A stretch of DNA of 64,000 nucleotides. Origin: Clostridia bacterium (GTDB lineage: Bacteria; Bacillota; Clostridia; Christensenellales; CAG-1252). Below are positions 1 to 9,146 of the stretch, piece by piece. Both the position numbers and the translations under genes were made by a program. The stretch spans positions 60,382 through 124,381 of the forward strand of contig JAFSWQ010000013.1 of assembly GCA_017444385.1 (NCBI GenBank). The letters run 5' to 3'. Position 1 is the first letter of the stretch. Every line of letters starts with the position of its first letter. The notes below the pieces were generated by a model, which was given only the letters and a program-made list of their open reading frames with translations, was not told the DNA's origin and made no database searches.

Positions 1-1
1 T

Positions 2-568
2 ATAAGGAAAGCAAGTGTAAACGATTTAAATTATTACTATAATCTTTTGCCGAATTATGTTGATGCAATAAAATTGTATTTAGCAGAGTATTATGAAACT
101 CAAAAGAAATATGCAGAATTTGTTAAAGAGTTTGGAGGGCAAGGAACCATACATGGTTGCATAATAGATATAGACTTTTATAACCATATATATATGAATC
201 CAATCGATGGTAAAATTATACCATATTATGCCTATGACATTATCGATAAAGTGGTTTTCAAAGATATTAAAAGTTTGTTGAAAAACAAGTGTCCTTCTTT
301 GTATGTTTCATATAAGAAATGTGTTTCTTCAACTAATAAAGAACAATTACTTCGTATGGAAGGTAAGGATAACAAAAATGATACTGAAACTAAAGAATAC
401 TATGATACGGACATTTATAGGATCTCAAGGATTATTAAGAGTTTGCAATTTACATTAAGATATAGTCTAGTTCGAGTGTGGGATGATGAGATAGCCTTTT
501 GTGAGCCTACTAAAGAAATTGGGAAAAGATTATTGATTGATTATTTATACCCTAAAAAAGCTAATTAA
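2..568 (+). CDS. Hypothetical protein, 5'-truncated by the window edge; AT-rich
   Basis: Frame is open from nt 2 to the stop at 568; composition is much more AT-rich than the rest of the window. Confidence 0.7.
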   Translation: MRKASVNDLNYYYNLLPNYVDAIKLYLAEYYETQKKYAEFVKEFGGQGTIHGCIIDIDFYNHIYMNPIDGKIIPYYAYDIIDKVVFKDIKSLLKNKCPSLYVSYKKCVSSTNKEQLLRMEGKDNKNDTETKEYYDTDIYRISRIIKSLQFTLRYSLVRVWDDEIAFCEPTKEIGKRLLIDYLYPKKAN

Positions 569-569
569 T

Positions 570-1106
570 ATGGAAGAGAGAAAAGAATTGTATATCGAGT
601 TAAAGGACGAGGAATGGGAATATAAGGGTGTTACGCACGATAGAGACGTGGTGCGGGCGATAGTGTTTGACGACGAAGGATATCTTTATTTCGTGCGGGC
701 GGTTAGAAACGACGAATTCGGCGAGGCGACTCTTATCGAGACTTCGGGCGGCGGCGTGGAAAAAGGGGAAGACCTCGTTCCCGCCGTAAAGAGAGAACTA
801 AAAGAAGAACTCGGCGCGGACGTTGACGTGGTTTGCAAAATAGGCGTTGTGAGCGACTATTACAATTTGATATCGAGGCACAACGTCAACAATTATTACT
901 TATGCAGAGTAAAGGATTTCGGCAATAAAAATCTCACCGAAGACGAGGTGGAACGCTATCATCTTTCCACGTTGAAGCTTACTTACGACGAAGCGATAGC
1001 GGAATACGAAAAACGCCGCGATTCACGGCTCGGCAGGCTCATAGGCAACCGCGAAACGCCTATCGTTACGGAAGCGAAAAGGATACTTGGCGATAAGCTC
1101 AAATAG
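570..1106 (+). CDS. NUDIX hydrolase
   Basis: Nudix box GGGVEKGEDLVPAVKRELKEELG; ATG at 570 just after the upstream stop. Confidence 0.9.
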   Translation: MEERKELYIELKDEEWEYKGVTHDRDVVRAIVFDDEGYLYFVRAVRNDEFGEATLIETSGGGVEKGEDLVPAVKRELKEELGADVDVVCKIGVVSDYYNLISRHNVNNYYLCRVKDFGNKNLTEDEVERYHLSTLKLTYDEAIAEYEKRRDSRLGRLIGNRETPIVTEAKRILGDKLK

Positions 1107-1120
1107 CCGACATTATCATT

Positions 1121-1157
1121 CGAGTAGCGCGCAATAAGCGATTGCTACTTGATTTTT
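1121..1157 (+). terminator. Probable intrinsic terminator after the NUDIX gene
   Basis: Stem AGTAGC...GCTACT followed by a T-run. Confidence 0.45.
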
Positions 1158-1210
1158 TAGTTACGGTCGTTTATAATAATTGCAAATACGCTATTGCTTG
1201 AGAGGCTTAT

Positions 1211-1882
1211 ATGGACAAACCGAAAATAGTCGAGATAAAAGAGGATATTACGTCGCGCAATAATCTTTTTGCGAAAGAGATAAAAGCGGAAATGAAGAGA
1301 AAGAAGATATTCTACCTTAACGTTATGGCTTCCCCGGGAAGCGGGAAAACCACCCTTATAACCAATCTCGTCAACCGTTTGAAGAACGACTATAAAATAG
1401 GCGTTATAGAAGCGGATATAGACTCGGACGTGGACGCGGTGAAACTGCTCTCGACCGGCGTAAAAGTGATACAAATGCACACGGCGGGCGCTTGTCATAT
1501 CACCTGTCAAATGTCTTACGAGGCTTTATGCGCTTTGGGCGTTGAGGATCTCGACCTCGTTATTTTGGAAAACGTGGGCAACCTCGTTTGCCCCGCCGAA
1601 TTCGACACGGGCGCGACCGAAAACCTCGTTTTATTGTCCGTTCCCGAAGGGGACGATAAACCCTTAAAATACCCCCTTATGTTCGAAGTCGCCGACGTGG
1701 TCGCAATAACCAAGACCGACGTAAAAGATATCTTTGATTTTTCCTTTGAAAAGGCGAAAGCCAACGTAAGAAAACGCAACGAAAATGCCGAGGTCTTCGT
1801 ATTGTCCGCGAAGAAGGACGAGAACGTTGACGCGCTTGAACAATATTTGAGAAAAAGGATAGACTCGATTAAAAATGCTTGA
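1211..1882 (+). CDS. hypB: HypB-family nickel-insertion GTPase (copy 1)
   Basis: SPGSGKTT P-loop, CH metal motif (AGACH), ENVGNLVCPAEFD, SVPEGDDKPLKYP, TKTD. Confidence 0.92.
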   Translation: MDKPKIVEIKEDITSRNNLFAKEIKAEMKRKKIFYLNVMASPGSGKTTLITNLVNRLKNDYKIGVIEADIDSDVDAVKLLSTGVKVIQMHTAGACHITCQMSYEALCALGVEDLDLVILENVGNLVCPAEFDTGATENLVLLSVPEGDDKPLKYPLMFEVADVVAITKTDVKDIFDFSFEKAKANVRKRNENAEVFVLSAKKDENVDALEQYLRKRIDSIKNA

Positions 1883-2453
1883 CGAAAACGCTAAAAAACA
1901 ACGGGATTTTTTTAACAGACTCGCGCCCGAATGGCGTGAGAAACCCGAATATAAATTAAATGCGGAAAAGGCGCTTTCCCCCATCAAATTCAAGGTCGGC
2001 GAAAGGGTGCTTGACGTCGCTTGCGGAAGCGGCGCGTTGGACTCTACGCTACTTTCTTACGGCTTAAAAGTGGACGCGATAGACGTTTCGGATAAGATGA
2101 TAGAGAAAGCTAAAAGCGACGAGAGGAACGCGGGCGTTAATTTCATCGTAGGCGACTTTTATCAACACGCGGGCGAATACGACAAGATACTCGTTTTCGA
2201 CGCATATCCCCATTTTAAGGACAAAATCGCGTTCAAAAATTCCGCCGCGCGAATGCTTGGGAAAGAGGGCGAATTATGGATATTCTTCGACGACGGAAGA
2301 GAGGGGATAGACTCTCATCACGGCGGGTTAAGCGATATCTCTGTGGGGTTGAGGCTTCCCGAAGAGGAAAGCGAGGATTTAGCCCCCGAGTTTACGCCGT
2401 TTTTCGTGTATTCCGACGAAAAGTCGTATTATTTGGGATTAAAACGCAATTAA
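1875..2453 (+). CDS. Class I SAM-dependent methyltransferase
   Basis: VLDVACGSG motif I, IDVSDKMIEKA; overlaps the hypB stop. Confidence 0.85.
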   Translation: MLDENAKKQRDFFNRLAPEWREKPEYKLNAEKALSPIKFKVGERVLDVACGSGALDSTLLSYGLKVDAIDVSDKMIEKAKSDERNAGVNFIVGDFYQHAGEYDKILVFDAYPHFKDKIAFKNSAARMLGKEGELWIFFDDGREGIDSHHGGLSDISVGLRLPEEESEDLAPEFTPFFVYSDEKSYYLGLKRN

Positions 2454-2469
2454 GATGGATAAATATCTC

Positions 2470-2498
2470 TTTACAAAAACATATTTATAATATATAAT
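2470..2498 (+). promoter_or_regulatory. Sigma-A-like promoter upstream of the second hypB
   Basis: TTTACA-17-TATAAT. Confidence 0.6.
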
Positions 2499-2551
2499 TG
2501 AAAATAGAGAGGTAAGCTCTCGAACGTAAGACGATAAAAGCCCGCTTAAAT

Positions 2552-3214
2552 ATGGAAGTAAAGACGATTTTATTGAAGAAAAGCGTATTTGAAGACAACG
2601 ACCTGTCCGCCGCAAAACTCCGTAAAGAATTGGCGGATAAGGGCGTTTTTTTAGTAAACGTTATGTCTTCGCCCGGGGCGGGTAAGACGAGTACGCTCGT
2701 CGCTTTGATAAACGAGCTTTCTTCTTCGTACAGGATAGGCGTAATGGAAGCGGATATAGATTCGGACGTCGACGCCGTAACGGTCGCCAAAAAGACGGGT
2801 TGCCCATCGGTGCAACTTCATACCGACGGAATGTGCCACCTCGACGCTGAAATGACGAGACAAGGTCTTAACGAACTCGGCGACGGATTCGATCTTATAT
2901 TCCTGGAAAACGTGGGCAACCTCGTTTGTCCCGCCGAGTACGACACGGGCGCAAGTATGGATATGACCATCCTTTCGGTTCCCGAGGGGGACGACAAGCC
3001 TTTGAAATATCCCCTTATTTACTCTAAATGCGACCTCGTTCTTATTAACAAGATAGACGCGTTGCACTATTTCGATTTCGATCTCGAAAAGTGTGAAAAG
3101 AATATATTATATCGTAATCCTTCCGCAACGATCATTCCGATCTCCGCAAGGCGCGGCGACGGGATAGGAGCGGTCGTACAATATTTCAAAAAAATACTCG
3201 ATCAAGGAGAATAA
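2552..3214 (+). CDS. hypB: HypB-family nickel-insertion GTPase (copy 2)
   Basis: SPGAGKTS, DGMCH, ENVGNLVCPAEYD, EGDDKPLKYP, NKID. Confidence 0.92.
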   Translation: MEVKTILLKKSVFEDNDLSAAKLRKELADKGVFLVNVMSSPGAGKTSTLVALINELSSSYRIGVMEADIDSDVDAVTVAKKTGCPSVQLHTDGMCHLDAEMTRQGLNELGDGFDLIFLENVGNLVCPAEYDTGASMDMTILSVPEGDDKPLKYPLIYSKCDLVLINKIDALHYFDFDLEKCEKNILYRNPSATIIPISARRGDGIGAVVQYFKKILDQGE

Positions 3215-3215
3215 T

Positions 3216-6077
3216 ATGCCTAAACAAAACGACAAGATTATCAGTAAGTACCAAGGCGAAGCGGAACTTCAAGAGAAGTACGCAAAACTCGGTAGAAAGG
3301 TTACCGACGTAGTCGCGCATAAAATCGGCGGTATTACCGCGGACGATCCCGAATATTGGGGACTTCGCGAGATGCTCACGCCCGAGATGGTGGACATTTG
3401 TCTTAAAATGAAATTGCGTAAGCATTATACCATCGAGGAATTGCAAAAGATGAACCCCGAGTTCGAGCCCGCAAGACTGCAGGAATTGATGAACGAAATG
3501 TCGGTCATCGGCTTTATCGAGTACGATTACGGCGATTGTTATCCCGACCACGACGGCGTGTTGAGACACACCAACAAGGTCAAGAGATATCGCTTGCCTT
3601 TCTTCGTTCCCGGCAGCGCCGAATTGTTCAACTCTTCGGTGGATAGAATCGAAAGAAATCCCGCCGTCACCTCTTTCTTCGAGAGAATGACCTTTATTCC
3701 TTTGGCGGGTATAACCCAAATGGTTCGTCCCGGCGGCGACGGTATCGGTATGCACGTAATCCCCGTTGAAAAAGCCGTTCAAGCGACAAACGAATCCATC
3801 GACTTGGAACGTATCTCTTATTGGCTCGACAAGTACGAAGGGCATATATCCGCGGGTATTTGTTCTTGCCGCGCGTCCCGCGCAGTTCTCGGCGACGGTT
3901 GTACCGACAACGAAGACGATTGGTGCGTACAACTCGGCGATATGGCGGACTACACCGTGGAAACGGGGAGAGCGCATTACATAACCAAAGAGCGCGCCCT
4001 CGAGATTTTCGAGCTTGCCGAAAAGAACGGTTACGTTCACCAAATCACCAACATCGACGGTGAAAACAAGATATTCGATATTTGCAACTGTAACGTCAAA
4101 ATATGCAATGCGTTGAGAACCTCGCTTTTGTTCAATACGCCCTATCTCTCTCGTAGCGCGTACACCGCGAACGTAGAGAAAGAGAAGTGCGTCGCTTGCG
4201 GAAAGTGCGTTGAAGTGTGCCCCGCCGGCGCAGTAAAGCTCGGTCAAAAGCTTTGTAAGAAAGACGGTAGCGAAGTCAAGTATAAACACGCGCCTTTGCC
4301 CGACAACAACATTTGGGGCGAATACGCTTGGGATGAAGAGTACAGAGATACCGCGAGAATGAGCAACACCTATCCTCAAGGCAGCGCGCCTTGTAAGGCG
4401 GCTTGCCCCGCGCACGTTCCCGTACAGGCCTACCTTAAACTCGCTCGCGACGGCAAATATCGCGAGGCTTTGGCGATGATAAAGACCGAGAATCCTTTCC
4501 CCGCCGTATGCGGCAGAGTATGTAACAAACGTTGCGAAGACGCTTGTACGAGAGGACAAATCGATAAGCCCGTATCCATCGACGCGGTTAAGAAATTCGT
4601 AGCCGACCTCGAATTGAAGGCGGAAAACAGATATATTCCCGATAAGGTAGTCCAATCCGTCCACGGAAAATTCGACGAGAAGATAGCCATAATCGGCGCG
4701 GGCCCCGCGGGTTTGAGCGCGGCTTACTATCTTGCCGAGATGGGTTATAATCCCACCGTGTTCGAGAAAAACGAGAAGCCCGGCGGTATGCTTACTTACG
4801 GCATTCCTTCTTATAAACTCGAAAAAGACGTTATCGAAGCCGAAGTCGACGTTTTGAGAAAGCTCGGCGTCGAGATCAAATGCGGCGTGGAAGTAGGTAA
4901 GGACGTCACTATCGACGAACTTAAAAAGCAAGGCTATAAAGCGTTTTATATCGCCATCGGTTGCCAAGGCGGCAGACGTCCGGGCGTAGAAAACGATAAG
5001 GCTGTGGGCACCGAAATAGCGGTGGAATACTTAAAAGGCGCTCTTGATAAACAAGTCGAATTCGACGGCAACGTGGTAGTAGTTGGCGGCGGTAACGTCG
5101 CGGTAGACTGCGCGAGAACGGCGAAGAGACTCAAAGCCAAATCCGTTAAGATGATTTGCTTGGAAAGCGAGAAGGAAATGCCCGCTTCCAAAGAGGAAAT
5201 CACCGAGACCAAAGAAGAAAATATCGAAATAATGAACGGTTGGGGTCCCAAGGAAGTCAAAGTCGACGCCGAGGGCAAAGTGGTAGCCGTCGTATTCAAG
5301 AAGTGTTTGAGAACGATAGATCCCACCACGAAGAAATTCTCCCCCGTTTACGACGAAACGGTTACCGTCGAAGTACCCGCCGATAAGGTGGTATTCGCTA
5401 TCGGTCAAGCGATAGAGTGGGGCGACTTGCTCAAAGGAACCAAGGTGGAATTCTGGCACGGCAACTATCCCGTAGCGGATAAGTTCACCTATCAAACCGC
5501 GGACGAAGATATATTCGTAGGCGGCGACGTTTACACCGGTCCTCGTTTCGTCATCGACGCCATCGCTGCGGGACACGAAGCGGCGGAAAGTTTGCATCGT
5601 CACGTCAGACCTCGCGCTTCTATGACCATAGGTAGAGATAGAAGAAACTACACGCCTTTGGACAAAGAAGACCTCAAATATCCCGAATACGACAAAGCGG
5701 GCAGACAGGAAGCGGGTATGGACGAAACCGTCGATCACAAGAATTCCTTCAAGGACGCTCATAAGACCTTGACCGAAGAACAAGTCAAGATCGAGACCAA
5801 GAGATGTCTCTCTTGCGGCGCTTCCTACGTCGATCCCAATAAGTGTATCGGTTGCGGTCTTTGCACTACGAGATGCCAATTCGACGCCATCCATCTTTTG
5901 AGAGATCATCCCAAATGTTCGGATATGAGAATAGCCGAAGACAAGGTCACCGGTTTGCTTTCCTACGCGGCTAAACGCGCGTTCAAGATAATCGGTCACT
6001 TAGGCAGCGAGGAGGCGAAGGAACTCAAAGCGAAGCGTAAAGCCTACAAGAAAGCGCAAAAAGAACAAGAAGCGTAA
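3216..6077 (+). CDS. Large multi-[4Fe-4S]/FAD NAD(P)H oxidoreductase (GltD/DPD-like core) with an uncharacterised Cys-rich N-terminal domain
   Basis: CVACGKCVEVCP ferredoxin motif; APCKAACP...CGRVCNKRCEDAC; GAGPAG; GGGNVA; C-terminal RCLSC...CIGCGLCTTRC. Confidence 0.85.
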   Translation: MPKQNDKIISKYQGEAELQEKYAKLGRKVTDVVAHKIGGITADDPEYWGLREMLTPEMVDICLKMKLRKHYTIEELQKMNPEFEPARLQELMNEMSVIGFIEYDYGDCYPDHDGVLRHTNKVKRYRLPFFVPGSAELFNSSVDRIERNPAVTSFFERMTFIPLAGITQMVRPGGDGIGMHVIPVEKAVQATNESIDLERISYWLDKYEGHISAGICSCRASRAVLGDGCTDNEDDWCVQLGDMADYTVETGRAHYITKERALEIFELAEKNGYVHQITNIDGENKIFDICNCNVKICNALRTSLLFNTPYLSRSAYTANVEKEKCVACGKCVEVCPAGAVKLGQKLCKKDGSEVKYKHAPLPDNNIWGEYAWDEEYRDTARMSNTYPQGSAPCKAACPAHVPVQAYLKLARDGKYREALAMIKTENPFPAVCGRVCNKRCEDACTRGQIDKPVSIDAVKKFVADLELKAENRYIPDKVVQSVHGKFDEKIAIIGAGPAGLSAAYYLAEMGYNPTVFEKNEKPGGMLTYGIPSYKLEKDVIEAEVDVLRKLGVEIKCGVEVGKDVTIDELKKQGYKAFYIAIGCQGGRRPGVENDKAVGTEIAVEYLKGALDKQVEFDGNVVVVGGGNVAVDCARTAKRLKAKSVKMICLESEKEMPASKEEITETKEENIEIMNGWGPKEVKVDAEGKVVAVVFKKCLRTIDPTTKKFSPVYDETVTVEVPADKVVFAIGQAIEWGDLLKGTKVEFWHGNYPVADKFTYQTADEDIFVGGDVYTGPRFVIDAIAAGHEAAESLHRHVRPRASMTIGRDRRNYTPLDKEDLKYPEYDKAGRQEAGMDETVDHKNSFKDAHKTLTEEQVKIETKRCLSCGASYVDPNKCIGCGLCTTRCQFDAIHLLRDHPKCSDMRIAEDKVTGLLSYAAKRAFKIIGHLGSEEAKELKAKRKAYKKAQKEQEA

Positions 6078-6107
6078 ATCCTATAAGAAAGCGCAAAACG
6101 CTCGGCT

Positions 6108-6293
6108 CGTCATCCCGAGCGAAGTCGAGGGATCCCCTAACGCGAAGCAGCAAAAGCTAAAAACTCGGACGAGACGTTTCGACTACGCTCAACGTGACGA
6201 ACGATTATTAAACTTATGCGTAACAGTACGAAAAACGCTTAACGTATTGTAAGTACAAGTACGTCATCCCGAGCGAAGTCGAGGGATCCCCTA
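6108..6293. repeat. CGTC-tagged REP-like cluster (A, inverted B, A)
   Basis: CGTCATCCCGAGCGAAGTCGAGGGATCCCCTA at 6108 and 6262; GAGACGTTTCGACTACGCTCAACGTGACG at 6171. Confidence 0.85.
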
Positions 6294-6328
6294 TTAAAAT
6301 AAAAAGGAATGAATATATCGCTTTAACT

Positions 6329-6673
6329 ATGCACGAACTCGGAATAGTAATGAACGTAATATCGCAGGTCGAGAAGGTCGCCGAAGAAAACAAAGTGAAC
6401 GCCGTCAAAGCGCTCACTATGGAAGTCGGCGAAGTCTCTTCCGTCGTGCCCGATCTTTTCAAGGATTGTTTCGAGTGGGCGAAAAAGAGAACGAAGTATA
6501 TGACGGACTGCGAACTCGACCTCGTCGTACTCGAAGCGATATCCTATTGTAGGGACTGCAAGAGCAATTACAAAACCACGACTTACGCAAAAGAATGCCC
6601 GCATTGTAAGAGCGTAAACACCTATCTCATAACGGGCAACGAGATCAATATTCACGATATAAAAGTGATTTAG
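6329..6673 (+). CDS. hypA: HypA-family nickel metallochaperone
   Basis: N-terminal MHE nickel motif, VGEVS, two CxxC motifs (CRDC, CPHC). Confidence 0.92.
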   Translation: MHELGIVMNVISQVEKVAEENKVNAVKALTMEVGEVSSVVPDLFKDCFEWAKKRTKYMTDCELDLVVLEAISYCRDCKSNYKTTTYAKECPHCKSVNTYLITGNEINIHDIKVI

Positions 6674-6688
6674 ACGAAAGGCGTAGGC

Positions 6689-6749
6689 AAAAAAAGGACT
6701 GCGAAAACGAGTTTCCTTTTGGAATAAAACGTCGTTTGCAGCCCTTTTT
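6689..6749. terminator. Bidirectional terminator between hypA and the DUF4364 gene
   Basis: AAAAAGGACTGC...GCAGCCCTTTTT stem between convergent genes. Confidence 0.55.
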
Positions 6750-6775
6750 CGTTATCAAATCGACGGATAAAAGTA

Positions 6776-7300
6776 TCAGTCGAAAATGTGTTCGTAGAGG
6801 TATTCGTAAATGGACGTCGCTTTGTCTTGCCAGGTATTTGCGGCGTAACGAGCGCTATCCTTGTTCCCCGCGACGATCTTGAATTCAAGTAGTTTATTCG
6901 AAGAAGAAGGGTCGGAAATGGATAACTTCACCGTATAAGTGCCGTCGGCATTGAGAAAATAGTCGGCGTCCAATTCCTGTCTTTTGCGGTATTCGTACTT
7001 CTTTTTGTTTACCACGTCTACTATTTGTTCGCGGGTGGAAGAGGGTATCTTCGTGTAGAAGTTGGCGATGCAAAGCCTTCCTTCAGCGGTGATGTTGTAA
7101 AAGACCTTTCCGTTTTGACGGGAAACGTGCAGGAAATTTGCGTCGTTGAGTTGGCCCAACGCGCTCTTACAACTCATATAAGTCATCCAAGGATTGTCTT
7201 GATAGCAGATAGAAATAATAATGTCTTCAGATAGTGCTACTTCCATTCTATCCATTAAGTAAAGTATCTTCAATTTATCAATATTATCGTTATCAACCAT
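6776..7300 (-). CDS. DUF4364-like winged-helix protein
   Basis: KLKILYLM...YNITAEGR N-terminal winged helix and a C-terminal 'ADY...Y.VKL.I' region typical of this family; ATG at 7300 with an AGAGG SD. Confidence 0.7.
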   Translation of the reverse strand: MVDNDNIDKLKILYLMDRMEVALSEDIIISICYQDNPWMTYMSCKSALGQLNDANFLHVSRQNGKVFYNITAEGRLCIANFYTKIPSSTREQIVDVVNKKKYEYRKRQELDADYFLNADGTYTVKLSISDPSSSNKLLEFKIVAGNKDSARYAANTWQDKATSIYEYLYEHIFD

Positions 7301-7383
7301 AAATTCGCCTCTTGAGTGTGGTAATATGTATTTTATCATATATTCTTTATAAATAAAACAATATTTTGAAAAATTTTTTCTTA

Positions 7384-7443
7384 TATCAATATATTGTGGT
7401 CGTTTTCCCGCCGACATACTATTTAACCCACAATATGTTGTTT
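7384..7443. promoter_or_regulatory. Pair of NrdR-box-like palindromes
   Basis: TATCAATATATTGTGG (7384) and CCACAATATGTTGTTT (7428) resemble the boxes before nrdD. Confidence 0.45.
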
Positions 7444-7547
7444 CGGTAGCATATTAACGCGAAAATCGCCCGTCAGGATAAAACCGAAAATTGTCTTGAT
7501 TAGAGCCGAAGTTAGTGATATAATAGAAAAGTAACAGCGGAGGTAAT

Positions 7548-8273
7548 ATGAGTTTAACGAGAGAACAGGAATACGCTATGTTCGATAGCGCCGTAAAAGC
7601 GATAATCGGTTCGAGTACGTTGATGCTTTCAACCTGTTTCGACGATCTTTTGAAATTGATCTCTTACGACGATCCTATAAGGATATGCGTCACCGATTGC
7701 TATAATTCCATCGATTACGAACGCTTGCTCGTCACCTCTTTCGAGAAGAAGGACGGTAAGTTTTCGGTCGACCTTCCAAGCGGAAATAAGGCTATCGTGG
7801 GCTTCGTCACCAAGTTGATTTACGAATTCCATTTGGGTACGCAATCCTTCGACAAGCTTATGATTTCCCTTTACGGAAGCAGTGGGGACGAGTCTATGAG
7901 ATATTTTTCGAGAGACGTTCTCAACCCCTATCGCGAAGCGTTCAGACAGGTGTTTTTGTACGAAGTAGGCGACGTTCCCGAGGCCACGGTCGAAGAAGCG
8001 GCGCGAGAGATAAACCCCGCGGTTTTCAACGAACTATACGCGATTGTCGCCAATTTGAGAAGCGAAGTCGAGGGCAATAATAAACTGAATAACGAAAAAC
8101 GCAGCGCTCTTATGGAACTCATCGACGGGCTTTGTTATACGATAGAAAAGTCGGACGGTCGCGCCGTGAAAGCCTCTTGGCTGGGTATGAGTATGGCTCT
8201 ATCTTCGGAAAAGGCTTGCGAGAACTCGTTATCCCGCCTTGAAACTTTACTTCAAAGGTATATGCTTATTTAG
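7548..8273 (+). CDS. Hypothetical protein
   Basis: GGAGG SD and upstream TG.TATAAT; 241-aa ORF with host-like codon usage. Confidence 0.75.
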   Translation: MSLTREQEYAMFDSAVKAIIGSSTLMLSTCFDDLLKLISYDDPIRICVTDCYNSIDYERLLVTSFEKKDGKFSVDLPSGNKAIVGFVTKLIYEFHLGTQSFDKLMISLYGSSGDESMRYFSRDVLNPYREAFRQVFLYEVGDVPEATVEEAAREINPAVFNELYAIVANLRSEVEGNNKLNNEKRSALMELIDGLCYTIEKSDGRAVKASWLGMSMALSSEKACENSLSRLETLLQRYMLI

Positions 8274-8960
8274 AGGTAACGAAAAAGTATTTACTCTCTC
8301 GTCTTCGAGCAATCTCTCGAGTACGAGAGAGTATTTTTTGTATTGGTAGTCCAAAAAGAAGACGCGAAGTGGGGATTCGTCCCCGTAAATATCGGCTTTT
8401 GAAACGCTATCCCCTATTTCTATGATCTTTTCGGGTAAGAACACGCGGGATAAAATCCCTTTAACGAGCCCGTAATGCGTGCAACCCAATATCAAAGTAG
8501 GGGCGGCTATTCCTTTCGCCGTACGGGAAACGTAATCGAATATCTCTTCTTCGCTCGCGTCATCGTCTATAAGGGTGGCGAGAAGGGGTAACGCTAAACA
8601 CTTTATTCGTTCGTTCGAACGTGAAGCGAAGTTTTTAACCGAGAATTCCGTCCCTAAAAACAACGCGTCCCCTTTAATTGCTTCGAATTCGTATCTCAAC
8701 CTTGAAAAAGGAATATTCAAACGCATATTTTCGGAAGCGACGGACGCGGTGTTGCAGGCGCAAACCACCTTTTCGCAACCTAACCTTTCGAGGAAACGGC
8801 AATCATCGCGGACTATCCGTTTTAACGACTCTTTGTCTTTCGAGCCGAAGGGCGCGTTTGTTTCGTCGCCGAAATAGAGAACGTCGCCGCCGACGCCCTC
8901 TTTTATCGCTTTCGCAAGGACGGTAAGTCCCCCTTTACCGCTATCGAAAAACCCTATCAT
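8247..8960 (-). CDS. murI: Glutamate racemase (divergent)
   Basis: IGFFDSGKGGL, APFGSK, ACNTAS, LILGCTHY; both catalytic Cys present. Confidence 0.85.
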   Translation of the reverse strand: MIGFFDSGKGGLTVLAKAIKEGVGGDVLYFGDETNAPFGSKDKESLKRIVRDDCRFLERLGCEKVVCACNTASVASENMRLNIPFSRLRYEFEAIKGDALFLGTEFSVKNFASRSNERIKCLALPLLATLIDDDASEEEIFDYVSRTAKGIAAPTLILGCTHYGLVKGILSRVFLPEKIIEIGDSVSKADIYGDESPLRVFFLDYQYKKYSLVLERLLEDERVNTFSLPLNKHIPLK

Positions 8961-8972
8961 AACCTCGCTATA

Positions 8973-9000
8973 AGGATATGCGCCCGTGTAAAGAAAGGTT
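8973..9000 (-). promoter_or_regulatory. Sigma-K-like sporulation promoter for murI
   Basis: On the minus strand AACC-16-CATATCCT, matching the AC-16-CATAnnnT consensus. Confidence 0.4.
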
Positions 9001-9146
9001 GCTTTTTATCTCGTTTTTTCTTTCGTAAAGAGGGAAAATGAAAAAATTTTTTAATAATCGATATAAAATCAGTTGATAAAAAAACATTCTTATAGTAATA
9101 TATAAAAGGCCAATGAGGTTAATAAATTATCCAGAGGGGTAACAAA

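Noticed and set aside
3186-5999. Long minus-strand ORFs (593 aa, 322 aa) and similar antisense ORFs across the window
   Set aside because: They are shadows of real plus-strand genes, with no recognisable motifs or SD sequences
3216-6077. Calling the oxidoreductase a hydrogenase or glutamate synthase subunit
   Set aside because: No H-cluster or [NiFe] motifs and no gltB partner; only the GltD-like electron-transfer core is shared
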